From Candidatus Dojkabacteria bacterium (GTDB lineage Bacteria; Patescibacteriota; Dojkabacteria; SC72), in assembly GCA_050943415.1 (NCBI GenBank), contig JBMNPD010000002.1, positions 5,036-69,035 on the forward strand: a DNA stretch of 64,000 nt. The letters run 5' to 3'. Made by a program: the position numbers and the translations under genes. Numbering within the stretch: the first letter of the stretch is position 1; each line of letters opens with the position of its first letter. Shown one piece after another: positions 1-10,822 of this stretch. The notes below the pieces were generated by a model. It saw only the letters and a program-made list of their open reading frames with translations. It was not told where the DNA came from and did not search any database.

Positions 1-378
1 ACTCTGTTGTTGCTCTTCCTGTCCTTATTTGTGAGAGGTCTTCTCTAATATGGTTTATACATTTCTCTATATCTGTTTTAAATTCGTCCAAAAGCATATG
101 TTTTTTACTAATGTTATGGTTTTATTTTATACTAAAGATAGATATATTCCAAGTAGTTACATTAGATAAAAACTAGTGTTACTAAAAGTATATCCCGTTA
201 GATAAAAATATACTCATTAAAAATTTATACAGATCGAAAAAATATCATCTAACATTTCTCTACTTTACAATATTTATTTCATTTAGAACAAAGTAGGATA
301 TATTGTTAGAAGGAGTTTCTTACTTATTTCTTTGTGCAAGAAACTCCTTATTCAAACAAAGGATAAAATTTTCCACCA

Positions 379-1215
379 TTAGTGGAATTTAGCGTTTACA
401 ATAAACGCTATGATATCTTCTTCTAATTTAGAACATAAAACTCTTTTTTTGAGTCTTAGATTTACCTCTTGCCCTTTAATGGTCACTTCCGAAACACACA
501 AGAAGTGGTCCACTATACCTGTTTCGATCTCTCGAGCTTTCTCTTCTTCAAAATCCCAAATGAATGTGAATTTTTTTTCTAATTCAACATCCGCAATTTC
601 TACACATCTTTTCCCAGAAATGTAATATTCAAAAAACCTCATAAAAGGAACATCCAAATATTGTTCAACAAATTCTGTGACCGTCTCATCTAGAAATTCG
701 TCATAGGTTTTTGGATATTCTATTGGTAATTCTTCAGGATCAAAATAAATCCGAAGCATTTCACACAATCTGACTGCCCAAAACTCCCAGAACAAACCCA
801 TCAATCCAGGATCTGGTTCAGGTTTTTCTACAACACCAACATTTTGGTTATTGGCCCTGTGTTTAAGATAGTGTCTAAGATGCTTTGATCGATTATTACA
901 CACTTTTTCGATATAGTCATCGATAGCTTGTGTAGTTAGCTCATTACCAGGATTACTAATAAATTCTTTCATAGCCTCACAACGAGCCTCTTCATAAATT
1001 GGCTTAACTTCTCCCAAGCTAACTCCAATCCCAGCAATGAATTCACTTATAGACATTTTTGTTATTTGTTTTGCTTTTTGTTCCTCCAAAAACTTATTTA
1101 TTTGTTGAGATGAATATCTTTGAGAAATCTTCAGAAAAAACTTATCTTTTGTTTTTTTACGGACATACTTATCATATCTTTCACTAATAAATGCGGCTAA
1201 ATCTTCTATAAACAT
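379..1215 (-). CDS. hypothetical protein (278 aa), no recognisable motif
   Basis: Long ORF in the AT-rich coding frame. The 410..625 antisense ORF is nested inside it. I recognise no family signature. Confidence 0.5.
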   Translation of the reverse strand: MFIEDLAAFISERYDKYVRKKTKDKFFLKISQRYSSQQINKFLEEQKAKQITKMSISEFIAGIGVSLGEVKPIYEEARCEAMKEFISNPGNELTTQAIDDYIEKVCNNRSKHLRHYLKHRANNQNVGVVEKPEPDPGLMGLFWEFWAVRLCEMLRIYFDPEELPIEYPKTYDEFLDETVTEFVEQYLDVPFMRFFEYYISGKRCVEIADVELEKKFTFIWDFEEEKAREIETGIVDHFLCVSEVTIKGQEVNLRLKKRVLCSKLEEDIIAFIVNAKFH

Positions 1216-1852
1216 ATTTCTCTCCTTCTTCCATTATGGAATATGTAAAAGTGTTTTCCTCAGTATATGCTGAATACTATTCTTAAAAGGTATTAAGAAC
1301 TAAATACAGCATATACAGATTTAAGAAGAAATACATATAATCCTTTGTTGTTAATGAACAGACACATATATATGCAAAGATAGTATAGGTATCTACCAGT
1401 ATTATATCAGACTATGGGCTACGCTGCAATATAATGTATAGATCAAAACTGCCATTTTACTGATGATAGAAATTCAGGAAATGTTCCTCATTTTGTCTTT
1501 CTATTACTACCAAGGATAGCTTCTGCTTATGAGAATAACGTATATTGTGCAGTTTTATTACATCAAAATAACCACGAAACAAGTATAACTTACCTCTTAG
1601 AAAGGAGAAACATCGTTGTTTTAAAAGAGATGTTAGTTATATTTGTTTTGATATAAGAAATTACCAATGTATGGATGATTTAGGCAACAACAAGAGACCT
1701 GTTGATTGGTTAAACAAGAATGAGTGTAAGGCTGGGTTTAATAAGATACTAAAGAGTGCATTATCTCATTATCCTATATATAACTTGAGTAAAAAACATA
1801 TGGAAATAAAACCAATTTCATATCAATATACAAACAATTTTTAGGTACCAAC

Positions 1853-2569
1853 TTACTTCTTCCCTAACTCCCAAACCAATATTCTAGATATCTTTAATGG
1901 TTCTCCAAGTTTCTGTGTATTCTCATCTAACAAAGCTCCAATTGTCTTAGATTCATCCTTAAACCACTTCTGCTCTAAAAGACATTTCTCAGAAAAGTAT
2001 TTGTTTAGCTTACCTTCTACAATCTTCTCTGCAATCTCCTTTGGTTTGCCCTCTGCTTCAACTTCTTTGTTGAAAACTTCTTTAATCTTAGCAATCTCCT
2101 CTTCTGGAATATCCTCCTTACTTACAAACTCTGGCTTCATAGCTGCAACCTGAAGAGCAATCTCATGAACAAAGGACTTAAAATCATCATTCTTTGCTAC
2201 AAAATCAGTCTTACAATTAACCTCTACCAAAGATACTAATCTCTGATCCTGACCATGAACATAGCAATCAATGATACCTTCGGACTTCACATCATTTTCC
2301 TCCTCTATTGGAGCATCCCAACCTCTTTCCTTAATAATCTCAACTGCTTTCTCAAAATCCTTACCTGCATCTTCATATGCTAATTTACATAAACCAATCT
2401 TTGCTCCAGTTAAATTATGTAGTCTACCCATAACATCACTTCTTTCATTGATATACTCTGTAGCCTTTGCCATATCTCCATCTGATTTCTCTAAAGCCTC
2501 TTTACAAAGAGCCATACCTGCTGAAGTTTTGTTTCTTAAGTTCTTAATATCTTCAATACTGATTGCCAT
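1853..2569 (-). CDS. tsf: translation elongation factor Ts
   Basis: N-terminal IKNLRNKTSAGMALCKEAL matches the EF-Ts UBA-like signature (IKELRERTGAGMMDCKKAL). It lies immediately downstream of rpsB, in the conserved rpsB-tsf order. Confidence 0.9.
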   Translation of the reverse strand: MAISIEDIKNLRNKTSAGMALCKEALEKSDGDMAKATEYINERSDVMGRLHNLTGAKIGLCKLAYEDAGKDFEKAVEIIKERGWDAPIEEENDVKSEGIIDCYVHGQDQRLVSLVEVNCKTDFVAKNDDFKSFVHEIALQVAAMKPEFVSKEDIPEEEIAKIKEVFNKEVEAEGKPKEIAEKIVEGKLNKYFSEKCLLEQKWFKDESKTIGALLDENTQKLGEPLKISRILVWELGKK

Positions 2570-2587
2570 ATGTTTACTGTACTAAAT

Positions 2588-3724
2588 TTATTTTATAGCT
2601 TTTGTAATATCCTCTACTGCCTTAGCACCAATACCCTTAATATCACCTAACTCTTCCTTACTCATTCCCTTCAACATACTAACATTTGTAATACCTGCAT
2701 CAAGTAAAGAGTTAACTACTCTGGTTGCAAGACCTAAATCTTCTACCGACTTACTCTCTTCTTTAGCTTTAACCTTCTCTGCAGCCTCTATCTCTGCATC
2801 AATATCTTTCTCTTTCTTAACAACTCTAATTACAGAACCCTGATCAGTAGCACTTACTTTTCCTTCTCTTAATGCCCTCATTCTCTCTCTGTCTTCCTTT
2901 TCCATCTTCTGAATTCTTTCTCTCTCCTCTAGATACTCTTTATGTAGTTTATCAAGCATTGCCTCATGGTCTCTTCGCAAAGATATGACTGAGAGTGATT
3001 TTGGTGATTTGCCACATACTTCTCCAAACAGATTAGCAAAGAGAGCAATACTCTTTAGTGAGTCATCATTTGCAGGTATTGGATAATCTATGATATCTGG
3101 ATTGCAGTTAGTATCAATCAATCCAATGATTGGAATATTCATTGCCCTAGCCTCTTTAATAGCATTCTCTTCTACTTGGCTATCAATGACAATGATTGCT
3201 GTTGGTAGTTTGTCCATGAACTTAATACCACTGTACAACTTGTTTAACCTATCAATTTCTTTCTGCATAACTAACATCTCTTTCTTTACATGTCCTTTTC
3301 CACCTTTTGCTAATTCTTCTTCTAATTTAAGAAGGTTGTTTACACTCTTTTTGATTGCTTCAAAGTTAGTAAATAGTCCACCAGGCCATCTTCTGTTGAT
3401 GTAGAAGAGTCCTTTCTCAAGTGCAACACTTTGTACAATTGTAGCTGCTTGTCCTTTTGTACCAACAATTAGGATATTTCCTTGTGTACTGTATTTGGAA
3501 AGCTTATCTAAAGCTACTTCTAGCAACTCTAAAGTCTTTACCAAATCGATTATATGAGTGCCGTTTCTTTCTTCATAGATATACTTTTTCATTCTAGGAT
3601 TCCACGCACTTTTCTTGTGTCCAAAATGGGATCCTGCCTTTAGCAGATCTATGAGTTCTGGTAGTTGAAAACTTTTGTTTTTAGTCTCTGTTTTCTTGGA
3701 GACTTCTTTTTTGACTTCTGTCAT
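2588..3724 (-). CDS. rpsB: 30S ribosomal protein S2 with a ~125 aa C-terminal extension (coiled-coil plus HhH, RpoA alpha-CTD-like)
   Basis: S2 core present (LLKAGSHFGHKKSAWNPRM...THIIDL). Extra tail: EERERIQKMEKEDRERMRALREGK, then LGLATRVVNSLLDAGITNVSMLKGMSKEELGDIKGIGAKAVEDI. Confidence 0.9.
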   Translation of the reverse strand: MTEVKKEVSKKTETKNKSFQLPELIDLLKAGSHFGHKKSAWNPRMKKYIYEERNGTHIIDLVKTLELLEVALDKLSKYSTQGNILIVGTKGQAATIVQSVALEKGLFYINRRWPGGLFTNFEAIKKSVNNLLKLEEELAKGGKGHVKKEMLVMQKEIDRLNKLYSGIKFMDKLPTAIIVIDSQVEENAIKEARAMNIPIIGLIDTNCNPDIIDYPIPANDDSLKSIALFANLFGEVCGKSPKSLSVISLRRDHEAMLDKLHKEYLEERERIQKMEKEDRERMRALREGKVSATDQGSVIRVVKKEKDIDAEIEAAEKVKAKEESKSVEDLGLATRVVNSLLDAGITNVSMLKGMSKEELGDIKGIGAKAVEDITKAIK

Positions 3725-3902
3725 ATTTTTCCTTTCCTTTTAAATTAATATTTCTGGAGGGTAATATTTCTATTATCCAGGATAGGCCAGAAATATATGA
3801 GATATATATTAAACGAGATGATTATATAGATTTATGTAAAGTAATGCAACTTTTAAATTTGGTTTCATCATTTCTTGACTAGCATAACACAGTAAATTAA
3901 TT

Positions 3903-4538
3903 TTAAACCTCAACCCTCCTCCATTCTTTGTTCCCAATAACAATATGATCTAAGAGATTTATACCTATCAATTCTGCACCATCCATCAATCTTTTTGTAA
4001 CAGCAACATCTTCCATACTAGGAGTAGGATCTCCTGAAGGATGATTGTGTGCCAATATCACACTATTTGCATTCAACTCCAAAGCTGGAATTATGATATC
4101 CCTAGGTAAAATGGAAACACCATCTAAGCTACCAATACATATAATTTTCTTTTTGATTAACTCAAACCTCGAATTCAGAAACAATCCAACAATATACTCC
4201 TGTTTCTTCTTACCAATATCCTTTAACAACTCATACGCTTCTGCAGAATTCCTTACAAAACACTTCTCACTATTAACAGGTTCATACAATCTACGACCCA
4301 ATTCAATACCTGACAAAATACGCATAGCAGTAACCTTACCGATACCATTAACAGAGACGACATCTTTAACAGTAACAGCCTTTCCATCCTCCAACCCCTT
4401 TCGCAGAACATACAAAACACTCTTAGCAACAGACAGAAAATTCTTTCCTTTAACACCACTACCAACAATAATGGCAATCAATTCCATATCTGAAAGATTT
4501 TCAATACCAAATTTAAGATACTTTTCTCTAGGAAGCAT
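3903..4538 (-). CDS. radC: RadC-family JAB/MPN domain protein
   Basis: N-terminal HhH-like region plus the JAMM motif HNHPSGDPTPSMEDVAVTKRL. Confidence 0.85.
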   Translation of the reverse strand: MLPREKYLKFGIENLSDMELIAIIVGSGVKGKNFLSVAKSVLYVLRKGLEDGKAVTVKDVVSVNGIGKVTAMRILSGIELGRRLYEPVNSEKCFVRNSAEAYELLKDIGKKKQEYIVGLFLNSRFELIKKKIICIGSLDGVSILPRDIIIPALELNANSVILAHNHPSGDPTPSMEDVAVTKRLMDGAELIGINLLDHIVIGNKEWRRVEV

Positions 4539-4572
4539 ATCTTAATAATACGAGGGAAATATTAAAAAAAAA

Positions 4573-6732
4573 TTAAATCTCCTTTTTACTCTTAGACTTC
4601 TTTGCACTCTTCTTAATATACCTACAATCAGGATAATTACTACAACCAATAAAACTTCTACCCCATTTACTCCTTCTTTCAACCAAATGATGCCCACACT
4701 CAGGACACTTCTCATTCAACAACAAAGGAACAACACCCTTACAATCAGGATAATTCTCACAAGCCCAGAATTTGCCGTATTTTCCACTCTTCAATACAAG
4801 GTTAGATTTACACTCAGGACACTCCGTAGGACGAGCATATTTTTCAAAATCTAAACTCTCCTCTGCTCCAGACAAATCTTTCATACCTTTACATTCAGGG
4901 AATTTCGCACAACTCAAAAACTTACCATACCTACCAACCCTTACAACCATTTTTCCACCACAAGTAGGACATTTCTCATCAGAATCTCCTAGTATGACAA
5001 CATCTTCTTTCTTAACATTCTTCTCTGCCAAAGCGATACCCTCCATCATTGGCACATACTCACTCTCGATTACAGGAACATATTTCTTCTTCCCAAGAGC
5101 AATACCATCAAGTTCATCTTCCACCTTAGCAGTATATTTGTAGTCAACAAGTCTCTTAAAATTACCTCTCAAGAAATTAGTTACAACTCTACCAACATCT
5201 GTAGGATATATAGCTTTACCGTCTTTAAGCACGTACCCTCTAGCTAAAATTGTAGAAATAATCGTTGCATATGTAGAAGGTCTTCCAATACCCAACTCCT
5301 CCAATTTCTTAATCAAGGAAGCCTCTGTATACCTTGCAGGTGGCACAGTAAATTTCTGCTCATTCACAAACTCCAACTTCTCAAATTCATCACCCTTCTC
5401 CACTTTAGATATCTCCTGTACATCACCACTCTCTTTACCACCACCTAAAACCTTTCTAAAACCATCAAACAAAATCTTCTCTGCAGCCATACTAAACATA
5501 TACTCTGGATCTTTCAAATCTTTAGGTACTACGAATACAGAAAGCTGTTCAACTTCCCTGTTACTCATCTGACTAGAAACTGCTCTCTTCCATATTAAAG
5601 AGTACAACTTCCCAGCATGTGCACCTAACTCCGAAGCTATCTGCTTTTCTGTAACAGAAAAATCTGTTGGTCTAATAGCCTCGTGTGCTTCCTGAGCATT
5701 CTTAGATTTAGTTTTGTAAAAGTTAGGTTTTTCTGGCAGATACTCTTTACCGTACCTTTCTTCAACTAACTTTCTGATACTATCAACGGCCTTACTTGCA
5801 AGAAAAACAGAATCTGTTCTCATATATGTAATATATCCTGCCTGATACAAGATCTGAGCAATACTCATTGTTCTTTTAGATGTAAAGCCCAATGAATTGT
5901 ATGCTGATTGTTGAAGCGTAGAGGTAGTATATGGAGGATATGCATGTTTACTCACATTCTTTTTAACAATATCCTTTACAACAAACCTACTATCCCCAAT
6001 AAGTTTCTCCATCTCCTCTACCTCTTCCTGCTTCTTGGGAACATATTTCTTTCCGTCCTTCTTACTTAGCTTTGCAATCAAAACATTCTTTTCATCATCC
6101 TTTAATTTGACAGAAACATCCCAATATTCCTCTGGATTAAATGCTTCTCTCTCCTCTTCTTTTTCTACAACAAGCCTTAAAGCTACAGATTGTACTCTTC
6201 CTGCAGAAAGACCGTACCAAATCTTCTTCCAAAGCAATTCTGAAAGCTTGTACCCTACTAATCTATCTAACACTCTTCTTGCTTTTTGAGCATTAACTAA
6301 ATCAATATTAATCTCTTCTACATTATCTAAAGCATCTTTGACAGCACTTTCTGTAATCTCATGGAAAGACACTCTCTTAGGAGACTTCAAGTTCAAGACA
6401 TTAGCTGTATGAAATGCGATAGCTTCACCCTCTCTATCAGGGTCCATTGCAAGATATACTTGCCCATCTTTAGGAATTGCTTTCTTTAGATCTTTAATAA
6501 TTTTGCCTTTACCGTATATCGTTTCAAAGATAGGTTCATATCCATTCTCAATATCAACACCAAGTTTACTCTTTGGCAAGTCAATTATATGGCCAACTGT
6601 AGCCATAACTTTGTAGTCAGAACCTAAATACTTATTTATTGTCTTAGCTTTTGAAGGAGACTCTACTATTAGCAAGTTCTTGTAACTCTTCTTACTAGCT
6701 GTTTCTTTTTTACTGGTTTTCTTCTTTTTCAT
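4573..6732 (-). CDS. topA: DNA topoisomerase I with three C-terminal C4 zinc ribbons
   Basis: TOPRIM start LLIVESPSKAKTINKYLG. Tyrosine-region motifs (YITYMRTDS). C-terminal repeats CPTCG...C..C, CPECK...C..C, CPECG...C..C. Confidence 0.9.
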   Translation of the reverse strand: MKKKKTSKKETASKKSYKNLLIVESPSKAKTINKYLGSDYKVMATVGHIIDLPKSKLGVDIENGYEPIFETIYGKGKIIKDLKKAIPKDGQVYLAMDPDREGEAIAFHTANVLNLKSPKRVSFHEITESAVKDALDNVEEINIDLVNAQKARRVLDRLVGYKLSELLWKKIWYGLSAGRVQSVALRLVVEKEEEREAFNPEEYWDVSVKLKDDEKNVLIAKLSKKDGKKYVPKKQEEVEEMEKLIGDSRFVVKDIVKKNVSKHAYPPYTTSTLQQSAYNSLGFTSKRTMSIAQILYQAGYITYMRTDSVFLASKAVDSIRKLVEERYGKEYLPEKPNFYKTKSKNAQEAHEAIRPTDFSVTEKQIASELGAHAGKLYSLIWKRAVSSQMSNREVEQLSVFVVPKDLKDPEYMFSMAAEKILFDGFRKVLGGGKESGDVQEISKVEKGDEFEKLEFVNEQKFTVPPARYTEASLIKKLEELGIGRPSTYATIISTILARGYVLKDGKAIYPTDVGRVVTNFLRGNFKRLVDYKYTAKVEDELDGIALGKKKYVPVIESEYVPMMEGIALAEKNVKKEDVVILGDSDEKCPTCGGKMVVRVGRYGKFLSCAKFPECKGMKDLSGAEESLDFEKYARPTECPECKSNLVLKSGKYGKFWACENYPDCKGVVPLLLNEKCPECGHHLVERRSKWGRSFIGCSNYPDCRYIKKSAKKSKSKKEI

Positions 6733-6762
6733 ATCTCAATGGTCGTAATAATATATTAGGAA

Positions 6763-7434
6763 TTAAGTAAAAGCAACAAATTGAGTTTTTTGTAAGCCAA
6801 ATATTTCATAGAATTCGTTGATATTATTCAACGGAGTAGCCCCCTGCTTTATCAACTCATTGCATCCTGCAGAAAGCAGATTATTAATATTTCCCGGTAC
6901 TGCATATATGTTTCTGTTGTTTTCTAAAGCATACTGTGCTGTTATCAAAGAACCACTCTTAATTCCTGCTTCTATGATAATACAATTTTTAGACAGACCT
7001 GCCACTATCCTATTCCTCAATACAAACATATATTTTTGAATCTTAGTAGAGTTAGGATATTCTGAGAGTATTAAGCCTTTTTGGGAGATCTCTTCTACTA
7101 AGGGATCTCTAATCTCTAGGTTATTTTCACATACCCCCACAGGTATTACAGCAATTGTCTTAATACCTCTTTTTAGACATATCTCATGCGCATATCTGTC
7201 TACTCCTCTTGCCATTCCACTAACTACTGCTATGTTTAGTTTTGCAAATTGTGAAGTAAAGAAAGTATCGATAGTCCATTTACCGTAATCTGTCATACTT
7301 CTAGTACCAACGACAGAAACCTTGTCCATACGCAACAAATTAACATCTCCATAACAGTAAAGCCTCTGCGGAGGATCATATATTTTCTTTAACAAGCATG
7401 GATACCTACTATCCATATACTCTACAATTTCCAT
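6763..7434 (-). CDS. dprA: DNA processing protein DprA/Smf (Rossmann-fold core only)
   Basis: GTRSMTDYG...VVSGMARGVDRYAHEICLKRGIKTIAVIPVGV is typical of DprA. Confidence 0.85.
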   Translation of the reverse strand: MEIVEYMDSRYPCLLKKIYDPPQRLYCYGDVNLLRMDKVSVVGTRSMTDYGKWTIDTFFTSQFAKLNIAVVSGMARGVDRYAHEICLKRGIKTIAVIPVGVCENNLEIRDPLVEEISQKGLILSEYPNSTKIQKYMFVLRNRIVAGLSKNCIIIEAGIKSGSLITAQYALENNRNIYAVPGNINNLLSAGCNELIKQGATPLNNINEFYEIFGLQKTQFVAFT

Positions 7435-7463
7435 ATATAGAGTATATTGGAGAATTATTAAAT

Positions 7464-9467
7464 CTAGATTAACCCGTTCTCACTCATCCAAATAATCATT
7501 TCTCTTGCTAATGCTGTTGCATTGTAGCTTTGTCCTCCGTCTTCTAAAAAGATTGTTAGAGCATATTTAGGATTCTCATATGGAAAGAATGTTGTCACCC
7601 AAGCATGAGTATGCTCATATATCCCATCTTTGTTTAACTTACCAAACTCAGCAGTACCTGTCTTAGCAACAACTTTAACGCTCAAACCACGCACTCCACC
7701 AATTGTAGCTCTAGGTCCATTAACAGCATTAAACATACCATCTTTCACTATATCTAAAGCTTCAGTAGATACTATATTCTCTTCCAAGTTAGAGAATTCT
7801 ACAGCTTCCTGTTTCTTCTCTTCATTTTCAAAATACTTTGCTAAATGTGGTGTATGTAAAGTACCACCATTAGCTATCGCTGCTGTCCAATTTGCCATCT
7901 GCAATGGAGTGACTAAAGTAATACCCTGCCCTATGACTGAGTTGCAAGAATCACCCTCAGGATACCAGACAGGCTCTAGCCAAGGACTAGTTGTATTTGC
8001 TAAAGCTATCTTGTTTGCAGGTGATGGCAATCTCCCCGCTGCCTCACCTGGTATGTCTATTCCTGTATATCTTCCAATACCAAACTTCTCTAGGTAAGGT
8101 ACCAATGCATTCATATCCCAATTTCTAATCAATTCACAGAAGTATATGTTTGATGATACAGATATTGCATTCACCATATTTAGAGGACCGTAAGAGTTGT
8201 TGTGATACTCTTGAAAAGGTGCTCCACTTGAGAATGTATATCCTGAACGACTAACATATATTGTATTTTTGTTAACAGCTTTCGCATCTAATGCCGCTGC
8301 AGCAACCAACACCTTAAAAGTAGAACCGGGGGGCATTTGTGCAGCTATTGCCCTGTTCATTAAAGGATTTCTGGAATCATTCAACAACGCATTGTAGTTT
8401 GTTTGAGATATTCCATTAACAAAAAGATTGTTGTCATAGGTAGGAAACGATACCAAAGAGAGAAGTTCTCCATTTGTGACATCTTCTAAAACAGCTGCTC
8501 CTCCTACAGCTTTGTATTTACTTACTCCCTCTTCAATTAACGAGTACAGCTTTTTCTGAACATTGATATCTAAAGTCAGATACAGATTACTTCCAGCAAC
8601 AGGCTCTTTCAAAATGTACGGCTCTGTTGACACTGTTTTTCCAACAGCATTTACTTCCCAAGCTGTCTCTCCATGCTCTCCAAAAAGTTTTTTGTCATAC
8701 TCTCTCTCAAGACCTGTTAACCCTACAACATCCGTCATGGACACATAATCTCTTTTTTCCAATATCTCTGCAGTTACTTCTCCCGTATACCCCAACATTT
8801 GAGATACAAAATTATCTTCTGGATACTGTCTTTTGTTACCATCATCAATATATACTCCTTTCATCTCTGCTAAATTTGCCTTTATCTTAATAGCGGTATC
8901 ATTATCTATATCTGTAGCAATTAAGATTTCTCTGAAATATGGACTCTCTTTATGTACAGAGAGTATCTTTTCCATAATTGAGGAGTACTCTGTAACTCCA
9001 TCTGTTTTCTTTTTCTTCCAATTCTCCCCTATTATTTCAGAGAGAGAATTAACTGTTTTCTCTAACTCATCAGCCTTAATATATCCATCAGAATCAAGAT
9101 AGTTCTCTACAAGAATATATACGTTCATAGAGGGATCATTCTTTGCCAAGATTACACCGTTTCTATCCAGTATGACTCCTCTTAAAGGTGCAACTTTAGT
9201 TATCTTAACCTTGTTATTCTCAGATTTACTCAACATCTCTACCCCTTGTGTTACTTGCAGATTAACCAAATCCTTTATCAATATCGCAAATATACCTACA
9301 AAAAGCAGAAAAAGAATGAAGTAGTTCCAAGCCGAATTAAAATTACTCTCATCACTATTTTTAACTGAGGCTCTAATTCCAGCTAAAATATTTTTAGGAT
9401 TTAAGTACGCTCCTCCTACTTTAGATCGTTTCTCTATTTCAATTTTTTTTGAAATTTTAAGATCCAT
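7464..9467 (-). CDS. mrdA: penicillin-binding protein 2 (transpeptidase, class B PBP)
   Basis: N-terminal TM helix. Motifs STFK (PPGSTFKVLVAAAAL), SSN, and KTGTAEF. Sits in an operon downstream of mreBCD. Confidence 0.85.
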   Translation of the reverse strand: MDLKISKKIEIEKRSKVGGAYLNPKNILAGIRASVKNSDESNFNSAWNYFILFLLFVGIFAILIKDLVNLQVTQGVEMLSKSENNKVKITKVAPLRGVILDRNGVILAKNDPSMNVYILVENYLDSDGYIKADELEKTVNSLSEIIGENWKKKKTDGVTEYSSIMEKILSVHKESPYFREILIATDIDNDTAIKIKANLAEMKGVYIDDGNKRQYPEDNFVSQMLGYTGEVTAEILEKRDYVSMTDVVGLTGLEREYDKKLFGEHGETAWEVNAVGKTVSTEPYILKEPVAGSNLYLTLDINVQKKLYSLIEEGVSKYKAVGGAAVLEDVTNGELLSLVSFPTYDNNLFVNGISQTNYNALLNDSRNPLMNRAIAAQMPPGSTFKVLVAAAALDAKAVNKNTIYVSRSGYTFSSGAPFQEYHNNSYGPLNMVNAISVSSNIYFCELIRNWDMNALVPYLEKFGIGRYTGIDIPGEAAGRLPSPANKIALANTTSPWLEPVWYPEGDSCNSVIGQGITLVTPLQMANWTAAIANGGTLHTPHLAKYFENEEKKQEAVEFSNLEENIVSTEALDIVKDGMFNAVNGPRATIGGVRGLSVKVVAKTGTAEFGKLNKDGIYEHTHAWVTTFFPYENPKYALTIFLEDGGQSYNATALAREMIIWMSENGLI

Positions 9468-9468
9468 A

Positions 9469-9996
9469 TTATCTAGACAATTTTATCTTTGACCTCTCTC
9501 CACTTTCATCTCGTATTTTACCAATCATCCTTTGAAGTAATGTTGTTAGCAGTACAGAGATCAACGAGATTAAGAGAGAATGAGTTAGTGTGTTTACAGT
9601 AATATTTGAAAATTTTTGTGATATGAAGAGTGTAGGAACTGTTGCAAGAAGAATATAGTAGAGAAAGAATGTTAAAAACTTAACAAGCCAAGAGAATACT
9701 CCTGTTTCGGTTGTAACAAAAATACAAAGTATTGCAAAAAACACCAAAGACACAAGTGCAATTAACAAGTTAGTTCCTAAAATGTAATGAGATGTGATGT
9801 CTGAGATTAGAAAGAGGAAGAACATGATTAAGAAGAGTATCCTCCAATCAATTTTTTTGTAAAGTAGAAGAAGAATTATGAATGTTATTCTTAAACCAAT
9901 TAGACTAGAAAGGAAACCTTCTAAGAAGGTTACTACAAATATTCCAATTAGTATGTATATTATCTCTAGTAGTATCATATTAATTAATATTAACAA
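9469..9996 (-). CDS. mreD: rod shape-determining protein MreD (polytopic membrane protein)
   Basis: 175 aa, about five TM helices. Positioned between mreC and mrdA. Overlaps mreC by 17 nt. Confidence 0.5.
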   Translation of the reverse strand: MLILINMILLEIIYILIGIFVVTFLEGFLSSLIGLRITFIILLLLYKKIDWRILFLIMFFLFLISDITSHYILGTNLLIALVSLVFFAILCIFVTTETGVFSWLVKFLTFFLYYILLATVPTLFISQKFSNITVNTLTHSLLISLISVLLTTLLQRMIGKIRDESGERSKIKLSR

Positions 9997-10807
9997 ATAC
10001 GGTAATTAAGCTATCATAGTCTGCTAAAGGAGTGACATATCCTGTACGAGATGTACTAGCAGGATTGTCTGAAAGTCCTACCAAATATCCAAGTACTAGG
10101 TACGCCCCTATCTTTTCATCATTTAAAACTACAATGTCTCCATCTTTTACATTTGCATTAACATTGATATTTTCTACACTAATACTATTTCCCAATCCTA
10201 CAACTACTGCTTTTGTTAATACAGTTGGAGATGATGATATTACAGCATCTTTTACACCACTCTCTGTCAAAATGACTTCAAATCTACTGTCTTTTGAAGC
10301 TGCTAATTTAACCAACGAACCGTTTAAGTCAGCTTTAATAACTTGCCCAATATACATATTTCCTATGCTAACAACATCATCTTGTTCTACTCCATCTTTA
10401 GAACCGACATTGATTCGAAGATACTCAGAATTACCACCACTTAGCACTTTTGCTTCTACATATTTCTTAGTAATATCTGCTAGTTGTAACTGTTTTTTGA
10501 GTGCTTCGTTTTCTTCTTTAAGAAGAAGGTAGTATGAATTGTTAACATCTTTTTCATATATATCGACTTTTAGTTTGTTGTAATCTTTTCTAAATTCGTC
10601 CATCTTAGTCAAACTTGCAAAATATTCTCTAACACGACCCCCTATTTCAGAGCCGTTGTAAGAGACAGGTTCAAAAACAAAAGAGATTGTTTTTCTAAGT
10701 GGGTTCACAACTCCTATGGAATCTAAAAGAACGAGCATTAATGTAACAAAAAAAACAAAGATGAAAGATATATATGTTTTATCAAAGATAGAGTTCTTAC
10801 TCTTCAT
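9980..10807 (-). CDS. mreC: rod shape-determining protein MreC
   Basis: N-terminal TM helix, then a coiled-coil (LKEENEALKKQLQLAD), then beta-rich domains. Immediately downstream of mreB. Confidence 0.75.
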   Translation of the reverse strand: MKSKNSIFDKTYISFIFVFFVTLMLVLLDSIGVVNPLRKTISFVFEPVSYNGSEIGGRVREYFASLTKMDEFRKDYNKLKVDIYEKDVNNSYYLLLKEENEALKKQLQLADITKKYVEAKVLSGGNSEYLRINVGSKDGVEQDDVVSIGNMYIGQVIKADLNGSLVKLAASKDSRFEVILTESGVKDAVISSSPTVLTKAVVVGLGNSISVENINVNANVKDGDIVVLNDEKIGAYLVLGYLVGLSDNPASTSRTGYVTPLADYDSLITVFVNIN

Positions 10808-10822
10808 CAGAATTTAGGTTAA

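Noticed and set aside
4045-6289. Plus-strand ORFs inside radC and topA (166, 123 and 84 aa)
   Set aside because: Antisense to strongly supported genes.
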